Virus record (IMG/VR): IMGVR_UViG_3300014202_001065
Reading direction: 5' to 3' (one strand)
Source of the DNA: a virus
DNA: 64,000 bases
Shown: positions 63,581-64,000 of the stretch, one piece after another
How the letters are laid out: every line of letters begins with the position of its first letter
Position numbering within the stretch: position 1 is the stretch's first letter
Position numbers and translations under genes: made by a program
Notes under the pieces: generated by a model
Seen by the model: only the letters and a program-made list of their open reading frames with translations
The model's database searches: none
Told to the model about the DNA's origin: nothing

Positions 63581-64000
63581 ATGAACAATATGCAACAAGG
63601 CGGATTTCAAATTGGCGGGCAACAGCCTCAACCACAAGGAGCGGGCGGCATGCCATGGGGCAACCAGCCAGTGGCTCACCCTGGTCAGCAACAACAGCAG
63701 CAATACATCCCGCAAGGGCAGCCCCCCGCGCAATTTGGGGCACCACAAGGACAACAACCGGCAGGGCCTGTATACCAACAACAGGTGCAACAGCCTCAGC
63801 CACAACAAGGCTTTCAGGCGCAGATGCATCAACAGGGCCCAGCTAACGCCATGATCCCGCAGAACAACCCGGCCCAGCCTGGCCGTATGCTGACAGGAGC
63901 CGCAGCCGCTGCGGCCATGGCTGCCAAGCCGAACGGCTCCAACGACGAGTACAGCTTCAGCCTGAAACCCGGAGAAATGAAGACCATCACCTTCCTGGAT
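63581..64000 (+). CDS. Probable ssDNA-binding protein with a Q/G/P-rich N-terminal region (partial)
   Basis: Manual translation from ATG 63581 (SD AGGAG) is open to the window end and finishes FSLKPGEMKTITFLD. Absent from the ORF track because it has no stop. Confidence 0.7.
   Translation, partial: MNNMQQGGFQIGGQQPQPQGAGGMPWGNQPVAHPGQQQQQQYIPQGQPPAQFGAPQGQQPAGPVYQQQVQQPQPQQGFQAQMHQQGPANAMIPQNNPAQPGRMLTGAAAAAAMAAKPNGSNDEYSFSLKPGEMKTITFLD

Noticed and set aside
1-64000. tRNA genes, CRISPR arrays, integrase or repressor, reverse transcriptase (DGR or retron), tail sheath
   Set aside because: No cloverleaf with a T-loop, no spaced direct-repeat array and no diagnostic motifs were found by eye. 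Lifestyle cannot be called from this window alone.

Overview
This 64-kb window is part of a tailed dsDNA phage genome with a long non-contractile (sipho-type) tail. GC is roughly 55-60% by eye, and the host is probably a gammaproteobacterium (inference). Layout: (1) <1-5.2 kb, leftward operon with a partial DHFR, a C5-cytosine methyltransferase and small accessory genes. (2) 5.5-21.9 kb, rightward accessory and nucleotide-metabolism genes (C1q-like fibre, frameshifted HAD phosphatase, metallophosphoesterase, P-loop kinase, BRCT protein, ThyA, MmcB-like and SLOG proteins). (3) 21.9-23.2 kb, lysis cassette. (4) 26.9-35.1 kb, intein-containing TerL, a second HAD, Tmk and family A DNA polymerase. 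(5) 35.2-56.4 kb, head and tail module. (6) 56.5-64 kb, replication module. I saw no integrase, tRNA, CRISPR array or reverse transcriptase. Main hunting results: (a) CRP-like boxes (TGTGA-N6-TCACA) lie exactly 21 nt upstream of -10 hexamers (class II, -41.5) at 8 boxes serving 10 promoters, two of them bidirectional, with other boxes in class I or repressive positions; (b) a terminator-bounded intergenic segment carries a 16-nt perfect complement of the 16S rRNA 3' end with no usable start codon; (c) a short hydrophobic-x-I/L-G peptide motif recurs in the disordered tails of many unrelated replication and accessory proteins; (d) two antitoxin-like fragments lack DNA-binding domains; (e) a ~130-nt nested structured RNA heads the leftward operon. 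All family calls come from recalled motifs, not from database searches.
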